Assembly: GCA_905178155.1 (NCBI GenBank)
Contig: CAJINV010000005.1
Span: forward strand, 2,544,054-2,608,053
Origin: Amoebophrya sp. A120
Taxonomy: Eukaryota; Protista; Dinoflagellata
Length of the DNA: 64,000 nt
Direction of reading: 5' to 3'
A program made the position numbers and the translations under genes. Positions 12,245 to 23,551 of the stretch are shown piece by piece (position 1 is the first letter of the stretch; the number at the start of each line of letters is the position of its first letter). The notes under the pieces were generated by a model. That model had not been told where the DNA came from. It did no database searches and was given only the letters and a program-made list of their open reading frames with translations.

Positions 12245-15200
12245 ATGAAGGTTGCTCCCTCGGGGCTCGCCCTGGCCCTCGCCATTTGTGGCGGCAAGGT
12301 ATAGAGTGTTTTTCTTTTTCATTTTGTATATCTCAGCCTATGTGCGCTGTTTTTTGAACGCAACGGTAACATTTTGACCGATAGACGATAGTAAATTCAA
12401 TAATAATAAAATCAGCACATCATGCAGACCGCGTTGGGGCTAAACATCCAGAAGGTGGTATCGAGAGAAAACCAGTGCTGGTTAGTTCCTAGTGTAGATT
12501 GTCACGACAACATTTAAATGTTGCATTTTGAGTTCTAATGGAAGGACGGGCAGAAGGTGTTGGCAGTAAGCCAACTGCCAAAGCAGATGATTGGCCCATC
12601 TCCAAAGTCGGGAATTGCAATTTTTCGCGGCAGCTTCGCTCATTGTTTTAGACACAGTATAAGTGAGTGAATTCTGGACTTGATACAGACAAGTACAAGT
12701 GAGCGAACAAGTTACACTTACAAGGATATTAAGGAAAGTAGCTCGCTCGTTTTTCTCTCGCATAAGCGTACGACAAGGCGAAGCGCACCCGCAAGACTAC
12801 GACAACAACAGCTGATATCCAGAAAAAAACACCCACCCCCATCCATTTTCACACTTTTTCAACGCATGAAAAACGGGAAAAAGGAAAAAAGAGAAAAAAA
12901 GCCAAAGCGATTTTGAGGATGATGTTTTTGCACCCGACAGCATGCTAAATATCGGATTGACCCGTCCGCTCATTTTCTATTTAGAAATTGCGTGGATGGG
13001 TCGTGCCGATATTTATCCTACCGTCGGGTGAAAAAACATCATCCATCCCAAACAGGCACAATCTCGAAAACGAATTTTTTTTGTTCGAACACGAAATCAA
13101 AAAAGTTTTCGCTCCGGTAACTGTGCCGAACAGCAACAGTTTTCCAATCCTGAACTTGTATTTTCGAATCCAACCGGAAGGAAAGAAGCCCCAAAATCTC
13201 CTCTGAGCCCGTTGCTTTCGTCCCATGTGGCGACGCGTTGGCATGGTGGTGTGGCCGCTGCAAAATGGCCAATAGCCCTCCGAGCACTGAAGAGGACTTT
13301 CGCAGGAATCTGCGACTCATCGCCCGCTGCGATTGCCTCTGATGGACCTCCGGAGTGCGTATCTCTGACATCACTTGAGCGACGTACGTACTGACATGAT
13401 TAAGATCGAAATCGATCACTGACGGACCTAAATTTTTTGAAAGTAAACTGCTTTAGTAAGCGTGATTCTGGAAGCGAGTCTGAGGAATTCGATCGCCTGA
13501 GGGCGGGGAAGTTCTCGCTCTGCCAGTCTCGGACACTTGCTATTTGTAGAGCCTCATTCAGAACATTCGCAATTCGCAGGCGCGCGTCTCTACCCCTCAG
13601 TGTGCTACACTCGAAATTGGAACAAGGCCTAAACCTCACGCACGCCCCCCCAGTGCAGGATAGATGATAGTGGTGATTCTGTTTTTCAGAGAATGGCGAA
13701 AATGGATGGGAATGGGTGTTTTTTCCTGGATAACTGCAACCGGGTCACAGACCCCGCCGAAGCTGGAGGACAAAGTTGAAGCTAACGCTGCGGCTGACGC
13801 AATTTTGTCTGCTGCCATTACCAATAACGACAGCAATGAGATAACGGCAGATGTCGTGAAAGCCGCACTGACAGACAACGTCGTCATGACCTTCGAAGAG
13901 GGCGAAGTCACCCAAGAAATGGCCACTGCGATCGAGAGCGATCTCATGACTGAGGCGACAACATCGTTTGCAGACTCCACCAAGGACGATGCCGGAAAGA
14001 AAGCCGCGGCGGCCGACAAAATCGTGGAACTTCTGAAAGCCAAGATAACTGCAGCCGGGTCTTCTACTACCACCTTGCCAACGCTGGCCGACCAAGCTGC
14101 CTCAGCGGCTACCCCGATTGCTGCTAGTACCGCCCTGGATGCCGATGTCCCAGCAAAACTGACAGAGTTCCTCGTCGATGTTGGTGAGCTCCAGGAGGGC
14201 ACAGTCACCCAAGCAATGGTCAATGACGTCGCGGCAGATGTCCAAACTGCGGCGCAGGCCGCTATTGACGACACCAGCACGGACGCTGCCGCAGATGCAG
14301 TCACGGTGAAAGACAAGATCGTCGAACTTGTGCAACCCAAGTTGGATTCTTCAGGTACTTTTGTTCTGGTTGCAGTTAGCACTTCTTAAATTTTGTTTCG
14401 AGTGTAATCGTAAAGTAAGTTGAGTATGCCTCTCTCTCTCTCTCTCTCCCTCTGCAGAAACAACCAACAACAACAACAACAGCAACAACAACGACAACAG
14501 CTGCAGCAACAACTGCAGCAACTGAGTGTATCTTTTGTAAAAGCATGTCCACCCCGACCCCAGACTTGTGGTGGAATTATGTAATCCTCAAACGAAGCAA
14601 ATGCTTCTCATGCGCAGCTCCATGTGAAGCGTTTTCTATTGCAATTTGCGAGCTGGTCGTGCTAGAATCCCGATGAATTATAAATCATATAAATGCGGTA
14701 ACAAAGTCCAGAATTTGTGATGCAGCTCGGCTGCGAAGAGAGTTGGATTACACGACGACTGATGTAGCCACACAGTCCAATCTGTTTCTGCGAGCTCAAA
14801 CTTGTTGGCTTGTGCAATAAAATCTTGTTCCTTTCTGTGTGGTCGTGGGGACGTTTTTCCGGAGGATAAAGTGCGTGTGCGTGAACCAGGCGGATGGTGA
14901 TGCGTACTCGATGGGAACCAATCAGATGTGGTTGAATGGTACTACCGAGTATGCGTTACAAAAATATCGTATTAGTATGAATCGCGTTACAAACATAACA
15001 AAGAAATGGAACTCGTAGTGCCAAATTACTCAAGAAATCCCATGCTCGTCTGGTATTTAAATTCAAGACCTAAACCTCATGCACGCTGCCCCCCCCCCCC
15101 CCCCAGTGCAGAATTGATGATGATGATGATGAATTAATCCAAGTGCGATACTTTTGCAATTCCATACCGCGGTCGACACGCCCTATGGCACGGACTACGC

Positions 15201-18200
15201 CAAGCCAACCAGTGAGACGAATGGCCTCGGGGTATGCATTGTAAGCATGTCCGAGTCTGGAAGAAGGCTTGTCATGGATGTCGTGCATGATTCGAGACTG
15301 TCTGATGCTTGTGGACGAAGAGATCCCCTTGCCTGTCATGCAAAATTGCAACCTGCCATACGGAATAAGTACGTGCCACATCATAGCCGACCAACGCCAA
15401 AGAAACGTTTGCCATCATTGGCATTCACTTTTGGCATAGCTACACCTCCTTAGACCCAAACATGTTTGCAGTTGAGACGGGGGGCCGCCGAACTACGGGG
15501 AGTACTGCGCAGCATGGGAGGACGAGTGCATGAACATTACCGGGCAGACCACGACGGGCAAGACGGGCAAGGCCGGGTCTTCGTACGGATGCCTCCCGGG
15601 CGAGCCACCTGCAGGGGGCGCATCCAAAGGAAAAGTTCCCTCTTCCCGTATCAAAGGGAAGCTTCTACTGCTGGATTTTCATACACAGGCCAGATTTGTC
15701 TTGCTGGAGATGACTCACTGGAGGCCCGTAGCGAGCCTGAGTACTAGAGAGGCTTTGGCATAGGCACTTAGCATGAAAAACGTTCCCGCTGTAGGGCCAG
15801 CAGCATCGGAAACCACGTGCATAATCCGGCGAAGCCCGTGGAGTTTCCTTCAAGAAGACGCAAATGCGCGGAGATGTACCTCACCAATATGGGGAGAGGG
15901 AATTTTTCCTCGCGATAGAGCGTGAAGGATGTGGACTACGCAGCGTCAGGGAACGTGAGTCGTACCATGTGCCCCGCTGCTCCACCGTCTCTCACGGGTG
16001 GTCTACCCGCGAGAAAAAAACTAGCACTATAGTGCCACATTTGTTGCACATGGTAGATAAAATTCAAATTATACATACTGGGTGGTCGTTCTGCTTCTGC
16101 CTTGCATAGCCTAATTATCAGCTCCACGCACACGAGGCATTTTTTGCACGCCCCCCCAGTCTCGTTTGATGATGATCACCAAGACCATGGTGCCGTGCTG
16201 GATTTTTTCTTTGTGACATGACACGAACGCTGTTGACCCCGCCAAACGGACTCCCAGCTGGTGCTACGCGCGGTGGTGCTACATCAAGTACTAAGCGGAT
16301 TTCCACATAAATGGATTGTGTGCGCCAGTTTAGTAAACTTCTTGCTCACCACGATCCTTTCTGTTTCCGGCACCTCCCAAAAAAACGCACCTATAAGCAG
16401 GATTGATGAGGTTCTTGCATCATTGGAAAAAAACTCAATCACAGTTCTTCTACTTCTACTTTCCCAACAAAATATTTCGCAGGGAAGTTGGAGCGAATGA
16501 CGGCGACATCGCGAAGCCCATCCCCACGGATGGCTCAGTATGCCGTGCAACAGTATCTTCGCGCTCTTTCTACTTGTTTTGTTGTATCTTCGAAAGACAC
16601 TATCTGTATCCAGGACAGCACAGCACGAGTAGAAAAGAAACGGATATCAATGCAATCGGACGAGAGCGACGAGTAGAAGTACTGTTGCGAGGCATAACCG
16701 CCCGTGACCCCGCCGAGCTGCACCAACTTGGACATAAACACGGACGTATCGACTGCAACGATGTCTGGATCTGGATGATTTAGCGGGAAGTTTGTCACGC
16801 CAGTCTGGCATCATGCCTCTGAGCGAAGCTTCTCGTGCGGAATAAGCAATACAATCACAGAGCCACGAGAAAAGCTGTCATGCTTGGGGTTGTAATAAAA
16901 CACTGCGCTTTATTGTTGTTCACTGATGGGGAAGGGGACGTGCACCACAACTTTCCAAACCCAGACATATTTGCAATGCATAGGACGACGGCTGGGGCAA
17001 CAAGCAGATGATCGAGTCCGGTTACGGCAACTTGAAAATGTGGTATAGACTTTGGTTTCCTGTTGTGTATAAAAGATTCCGAAGCAAAGACGTACACGTA
17101 CATCTACATGCACAACCCGCAATGCCCATGTTCAAGTTGAACGTGCTGAAAATCGTTCAATAGTTCGGGGCAGTTTTTGATTGTGGGGTTACCCCGGGCG
17201 TGTTGCGGTTGTTTCTTTGCTCCGAAAATGAGATCGCATATGGCCGGGTGTTTTTTCGCTGCATGATAGGCATGGGTGTGTCCTACCCCCGTGGTGTTAT
17301 GGATGTCTGTGTCTTTCGCGAGGATATGTTCCTCGTGTTTTTCGGATATTTGTATACGCTTTCGGTCCGAAGAGCATGATGGTTGAAAAATGTCAGCCAT
17401 CACGTTGTTCGGGATCGATGAGGAGCGTGTGAGGGTGACGTGGTTTCGGAACTCGGAAGAAGACCATCAAGATGTCGTCTAAGCCGGCACTTTGATGGTC
17501 CTGTCCGGACTTCTAATCACCTTCTAATTCTGCCGTCGAAATCCAATAGGAGCAAAATCCAAATGGATTTTGCACTACAAGGAAACTGGAAGCTCCCCAG
17601 ACATGTTCCGGGGAGCCGAATTGCCTCCGGATCTCGAAGAGAATGCGGGGAAAATTAAAAAGAAAAGATAGAAGTCAAATTCGACGGGATTTCAGAAGAC
17701 ATATTACGTACTACAAGCAACTTTAGGAGGAAAATTAAAAGGAAAATTAGAAGACATTCTAGAAGGCTAAATTATAAACATTTTGAAAAGGGGAAACTAG
17801 AAGGGGGTTTGAGAAGAAGAAACTAGAAGGGATTTTCAGACGGGCAAAATAGGAGTGGTGGTCCGGGGCACTATGGGAGGCCTTCGCCGTGTTTCCGCAT
17901 GTCTTGGTAGCGGCGGTGGCGAGGACAAATTTCGCTGATAGGGTGTTGTTTATTTTTGGGTCTTTGGGCAACTAGGGGTAGGGTGGGGAAGATTCGATTC
18001 CAAACATTGGAAGGTTTTTAGTTCGGCTTTGCCCGTCACTCGGGTGCTTTCTTTTCTGTTTGGGCGGGGCCTATCTTGTGTTCACCTTTGGGTAACCTAC
18101 TTTGCTGGGTCACTTTCTCCGGAATCGGGACCAGGGAAACACAAAAAACGAAACACCGGGAAAATTGACGAGCTTTTAGAAGTCAAGGCGGGGCGGGTGT

Positions 18201-18639
18201 TTCCCGGGTGGCAGCGTGCTGAAAAGCGTTCAAAAGAGGATAGAACGTAGCGCGACCAAAGCACGCGGATGTGGTGCGACAGACAGAGGAGTTACACTAA
18301 CACCTCTCACAGTCAGAAGTGGAGAACGCCAAGGTTGAAAAATCCGCTATGAAAATTTTTTGCACGTGGTTTCAAGAGAGAAGAGTAGCACATTGCTCTC
18401 TGAATGCTGCGTAGTTCTGCTCGTCATTCACCGAAAAGCTGCGCCTACCTTGTTCGGCGATGTGTGTCTTTTCGTCTTCATTTTCTTCCATTGACTCAGC
18501 GTTTAGAGACAGGGTTCTTGTAGCAAAACTCCTACTGACTATTCCTGTAATTTAAATCAGGTATTCGTACGCATTGTGCGACGCGCCGACCACAACTACC
18601 ACGCCCGCACCGGAAACGCCCGCACCGGCGCCGTACTAG
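12245..18639 (+). CDS. Cys/Trp-rich secreted protein, paralogue 4, with an acidic Ala/Asp/Thr-rich domain
   Basis: Signal-like MKVAPSGLALALAICGG; GT-AG introns (12299-12427, ~14375-14457, 16288-16482, 17043-18560) plus 9 introners. Motifs ECVCVN, NYGEYCAAWEDEC, PSWCYARWCYI, CTN, MWYSYALC; TAG 18637-18639. Confidence 0.75.
12459..12764. mobile_element. Old introner
   Basis: TIR TATCGAGAGAAAAC / GTTTTTCTCTCGCATA; DR decayed; frame restored. Confidence 0.6.
12816..13732. mobile_element. Enlarged introner (917 bp) with nested inserts
   Basis: ~35-bp TIR TATCCAGAAAAAAACACCCA..CCATCCATTTTC; DR GCTGA/ACTGC. Confidence 0.8.
12917..13044. repeat. ~128-bp imperfect foldback inside an introner
   Basis: GGATGATGTTTTTGCACCCGAC..TAAATATCGG..GACCCGTCC versus GGATGGGTC..CCGATATTTA..GTCGGGTGAAAAAACATCATCC. 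Confidence 0.7.
14529..14868. mobile_element. Introner family A
   Basis: DR GAGTG/AAGTG; restores ECVCVN. Confidence 0.82.
14950..15166. mobile_element. Introner family D with nested (GAT)n-tailed insert
   Basis: DR CCGAG/CCGCG. Confidence 0.8.
15233..15477. mobile_element. Introner family B
   Basis: DR CGGGG/CGGGG. Confidence 0.85.
15621..15917. mobile_element. Introner family F (..CCCTCCCCATATC)
   Basis: DR GGGCG/GAGCG. Confidence 0.75.
16004..16218. mobile_element. Old introner
   Basis: Partial TIR; DR decayed; frame restored. Confidence 0.55.
16539..16696. mobile_element. Introner
   Basis: TIR TATGCCGTGCAACAGTA / TACTGTTGCGAGGCATA; DR lost but removal of element + 5 nt keeps the frame. 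Confidence 0.7.
16747..16982. mobile_element. Introner family B
   Basis: DR GGACG/GGACG. Confidence 0.88.
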
Positions 18640-18705
18640 GAGACCACAACGACGACGACGGTGGCCGCGGAGACCACGACTTCTACGTAAGCAGGCACAA
18701 TGATG

Positions 18706-18980
18706 TATTCTAAGTAAAAACGCCACCGCGATCCCTTGTGATGATGCAATTTTGTGTGATCAACAGGAATAGTAGCACTCCGTTTTCCTCTGCAAAGCTT
18801 TCCTTTTCCTCAGAATGGTAACCACACGGCTCCGTGAACGTGAGGCGGGTGCCCTGCTTGCCAACCTGCGCTGCGCTACAGCCAGAAGCTTGTCATGTGC
18901 GATTCCCAAAAATTCTGTGCTTGTTTTGCAAAATCGTTTCACACTTGACTCGGGAGACGGGGACGTTTTTACAGAGGACA
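18706..18980. mobile_element. Family A element just downstream of paralogue 4 (putative 3' UTR)
   Basis: TATTCTAAGTAAAAACG ... GGGGACGTTTTTACAGAGGACA; no clear DR. Confidence 0.55.
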
Positions 18981-20695
18981 GTGCCGGACACTTGCGATGT
19001 TTGAAAGAATCAATTGCCAAATTGAAAAATGGCAAATTTCTGCTTTTCTGGGGAAATAAAAGAAATTGGTCTTTGCCAAGCAAAAGTTCCATCCTTCTTT
19101 GATTGTACATGAATTGTGATGATGTCATAGTGAGCGCAAAGGCGTATGCAAGATGCGCTGGTTTGATGAGTTTCACTACTTCAGATGAATATCAGATGAA
19201 TCTTAATAACACGATAAGAAATAATATTATATAGTATCAAAGTCGTATCCTAATCCTTCCGTTACATGACAAAAGATAGATTACTATTGATAGAGAAATT
19301 ATGAGTATCGAAAGCAGGTTGTTGTACACGAAACAAATTGAATTTGAAACCGGAATTCCCGAGGAATTCATATTATCTTCATGGTTGTGGCCGAATTGGT
19401 CAGCGCAGATAGAAATCGGCAGTCAGAGAAAGGACAAACCCGCAGGAATCTTGTTCTGTTGTAGTTGCGATTGGAAGGGCAAACCAAAAGGAAACTTGTT
19501 CCGTTGCAGTTTCGGTTGGAAAAGGGCGGTCGTCTCTGTTGTAGTTCGGTCTTGTCGTATCGGTCCTTCCATGTGATTGATTTGAAATCGAAATTGAAGT
19601 TTCCTGTGTAAAAATCTGAAATGTAAGTGTCCCTACTTCCTTGATTGCGAATTCTGTCTTGTAAGTGTCTCGCCACAAAGACAAAACGGTTCGGCACAAA
19701 AGAAGCGTGTCGTGTCACGTCATGACACGGATCATTATACACAGCGAAACTTTTGTGCAAAAAAACCGTCATCAAACAGGAAGAGTTCGGTCTGTCGTGT
19801 TGTCGTCGTGATGGGTTTGCCATCACGAAGCCCCGCTCTGCTTTCATTGAGCAGTTGAGATTGAAGCCCATGAGCTGGCAGCCATATTACTGCGCTGCTT
19901 CACAATATTCTAGCTCCGCGTCGGTCCGTAGTCCACATTCGTTTTATTTTATCCCCAGCACAACCTTCGGTTGAGATTTATATATGCGGATTTTAATTTT
20001 TGTGTTGTTCGTGTCCTCGTTCGTACTCGTAGAGGACCAAAGCCGTCGCGTGTCATGATAGAGCGATCTTAATCTGCACTGTAAGTAATTCGTACCAAAG
20101 ACCAGAGCATACTTATTGTCGTGCGATATCAAAGGTTAAGGTGTGCTTTGTTGAAAATGACCGAGATTACGAAGCCGCAATAAGGGATATGAATCTGAAG
20201 GCGGTAATGTCCCCTCACTTGCCTGCAATCGTGCACGCGCGGCGCCTAGAGAGCGGCACCGGACTTAATGACGCAGTATGTGGTGATAATGTTTGTTCGC
20301 CAAATCTGATTTCGGAAAACCGTGCAGCTACCAGAAGTCTAGTCCAGGCGACCAACAGATAGATTCACAAGACGAGTGTACTTAGTGGAACTGTCGTGAG
20401 ACTGCGATTCATGAGGGACACCTTTGACAAAGTGTACATGTGCGGGGGGCTGCAAAGAATATCACATGTAAATTACAATGCTACTTCCGGCTCCTGGCGT
20501 TGCATTTGAGATTGAAAAAAGCCAAGCTAATTACTGTCACGCCGTTGTGCGAGATGCAAGTAAGCGTAGAATCGGTGTTGAATCCGTCGCGACAACATGC
20601 GCCATAATCCTCTTCGAGCGGTGAGTGGCGAAAATCATCCTTAGTTGCAAATGAGAACTGCCGCACGAGGAACTCGTCGATGCGGTACAGTTTCA

Positions 20696-23551
20696 ATGCG
20701 GATCGCAGCCCTGGTCCTCGCGCTGGGAAAGACTGCAACCGCCGTAGGGCTACGGAAAATCCAGAACTTGGCGTCACGCCAAGCCAAGAATGATTTTGTT
20801 CACCGATCCGCCTCCGCGCTCGGGCAGGAACAAGCCGCAGAGGCGTGTATGTGTGTCAACGAGGGGTCCACAAAATTCACGGCGCCGATGGCTGACGGCA
20901 TGAACCAGGCCTGGTGGAATCCCGTCCGCGTAAACGACACCTACCAGGACACACCGTATGGACTGAACTTATGACACTCTCAAGTGTTACTTTCCCAGCT
21001 GTTACATGATTTGCCATGCAGAATGAGCATCAACGTCCACACGGTGAAGAGTTGCAAGCTCCGGCCTTTCCGTGTTGCCATTCTTGCGTCGCAAATTCAT
21101 GTAACGGCCGAGAGTGTAGCGATTGAGAATTCATAGCAGTACACGACCAAATATGGCGGTGTTGCGGATTACGGCGAATACTGCTATGGGTGGGAGTATG
21201 GAGGTGGCAGGATCGAAATCGACAAAATCGCAAAAAAATTCGATGCATATTAAAACAGATACCAGTTGGAGCCTCAGTTTCGGTTTCCAAGTGGCGCATG
21301 ACAAATTAAGTATTGGAGCACGAAGATCCAGCCTGTCACGCTGTTGGGGCAAAGAAGACTGCTTCTGTCGTTCTACTTTGGCAGCACATCGCCTGCCCCT
21401 AAACAGGCTTGCAACAATCGGCCTCATTTGCATGCTCCCCACCACAGGCCTTGCGTGCCCTACATTTTATGCATTACAAATTTTTCGACTTTGTCGATTT
21501 CGGCCTTGGCACTCCCATAGGGAGGACGAGTGCGACAGTGGGATCGCTGGACGGCGACCCAACTGCACGATCACATCCTATCGGACTGGCAAACGTTACA
21601 CTCCCAACTGTTACGCGATTTGTCATGCAGAATGAGCGTTTGCATCCACATGCACATGGTGAAGCCACTGCGCAGGAGGCGTGACAAATTTTGGAATGGG
21701 ATTCATCGAATTACAATTAGTAATGCATATGCAAGAGTTGCAGTAGGTTCCGGTCTTTCTCTTTCCCTTTTGCCATTCAAGTAGGCGATGTGGTACTAGT
21801 AAACGACGATAAGCGATGTGCGACGCTGCAGTGATAAAACTTCGAGATGCCGCTTGAAACGAACCGGAACCCAAACCCCTCCGCACGTGCCCCCCTAGTG
21901 CAGGATAAATGATGGCGATCATGATTCTTGCACGAAGAGGGGCGGCCCTTCTGGTTGTGTTTGTGGTCTCGGTCGGTTTAGCATCACAAATTCAAGTAAC
22001 AGTAGTTGGGCATGTAACATGTGAGAACTCCATACATTCCCGACCATGCAGTGTCCGGGGGTACGCATTGCAAATAGGACGTATGCAATACAAATTTCCC
22101 GTACATGTACAAGATGCATCACAGATTTCACCAATTGCAATTTCTTTGGAGTCTACTAACACCTGTCATGCTAAACCGGGATCGCAGCGGCCCAGGTTAG
22201 CGCGGTTTTGTCATACAGAGACCGCATTTGTAAGTGTGCGGGAAATTTCCAGTGGATAGGTCGTCTGGGTCCGAAACCACGAGAGCCGAACTTGTGATGC
22301 TCTCTGACCGTCAATCGAGCAAAAATCTGTCTTGTGTGAGTAGTACGTTTTTTTGATGCCACATGGACATTTTCACAGTTTTCCGTGCGTGATGCAGGCA
22401 TCTGGAGGCCTTCAGAAATAATTCTGCGATGCTAGTATGCTACTTGTGTCTTATTTCTGGGTCTCCTAGGGGAGGCAAAAACTACTGCACGGCATCAAAA
22501 ACTACAGCACGTTTCTCCAGACCCAGACAGAGACTTGCAGTTGATAGGAAGGAGGTGGGGGCAACGACATCCCAGGCGCGGTGCCGCCCGTGGACCCGAC
22601 CTGCCACATGAAGTGGTGCTACATCAAGATGGCGACACAAGGCAACGGCGACATCGCGAAAGCTGACGCGACTGCCGCACCGGTGTGCACCAACATTTTG
22701 GCGACAGTATCCTGTGCAATAGCTGTATCGAAGAACTCTTGGCGATTGCATTGATTTACGAGTTTGCTGAGCATGATGCTGACGAAGGAAGTAGCCCCTT
22801 CTGATGTGGAGGTTTATTGCGAGAAAAAATTGTCAACTTTTAGAAGTACATAATTGCAATTACTACGAGTACGGTGCTTTTGCAACACATAGACAGAGCT
22901 GAAGCCAGATACGGTCGGTGACAAGACCGTCTGGTATTCCTACTCCTACTGTTATACATTGCAAATGTGCAGCCTGGGTCTGGATTTGTGATGCAAGGTT
23001 TGAAGGACAAGGACATGGACAATAAGTTGTAGTGCATGGTGGAAGTAGGTAGGAGTGAGCAGCTTCATTTTTTGTCGTCCTGGCAGAGAGTTAGTGATTG
23101 TGTTTGTCATGCTGACGAGCACGATTGAACCCGCAAGATGCCAAGGAACACTTGGCAGGATGTTATGCCATACAAGGAAATCCTCTGGTATGCGTACTTA
23201 TGCAAGGACCAGCACGACAAATTATTGTTTGCATCTTCCCGATGAACGACCCAGACATCTTTTCCATTGATAACTGCACCACGACCACAACCACAACTAC
23301 CGTCACAACTACCACGACCATCGGCGCGCCTGTATGGATGAAAAAAGCACCAACACAACAATCACATTTTTGCGAGTTTTGGATCGGAAATCTGGCTGAT
23401 ACAACGACAAATTGCATTCTTGTTTTGCAGAACCATACAGGGAAACCACGTATGAAATTGACTGGGACGATACATTTTTATGCATGACACGGAAATTGCG
23501 CAAGGGTGACGGCGATGGTGTTTTTCTCTTGGACACCCTTCGGATCGATAA
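20696..23551 (+). CDS. Cys/Trp-rich secreted protein, paralogue 5
   Basis: Signal-like MRIAALVLALGKTATAVG; 7 introners (one with a nested copy). ACMCVNEG, NQAWWN, DYGEYCYGWEDEC, TCHMKWCYIK, CTNI, VWYSYSYC-T-rich; TAA 23549-23551. Confidence 0.85.
20970..21135. mobile_element. Introner family G
   Basis: DR GAACT/GCAGT. Confidence 0.78.
21197..21519. mobile_element. Introner family C2
   Basis: DR GGGAG/GGGAG; restores WEDEC. Confidence 0.9.
21579..22034. mobile_element. Introner family G with nested insert
   Basis: DR CATCC/CATTC. Confidence 0.8.
22062..22546. mobile_element. Introner family B hosting a nested family H element
   Basis: DR GGGGG/GGAAG; frame restored. Confidence 0.78.
22082..22258. 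mobile_element. Nested introner family H (TATGCAATACAAATTTCCCGTACA)
   Basis: DR GGACG/GGTCG; reverse complement of 61343-61493. Confidence 0.85.
22708..22891. mobile_element. Introner family D
   Basis: DR GACAG/GACAG. Confidence 0.85.
22953..23272. mobile_element. Introner family B
   Basis: DR ACTGT/ACTGC. Confidence 0.85.
23333..23535. mobile_element. Introner
   Basis: DR GCCTG/CCCTT; partial TIR. Confidence 0.6.

Noticed and set aside
13636-14382. 248-aa antisense ORF (and similar long minus-strand ORFs over 50000-63500)
   Set aside because: Shadow ORFs of GC-rich + strand exons; no independent motifs.
14429-14520. (CT)n and (CAA)n microsatellites
   Set aside because: An ordinary polypyrimidine tract followed by a Thr-rich coding linker.
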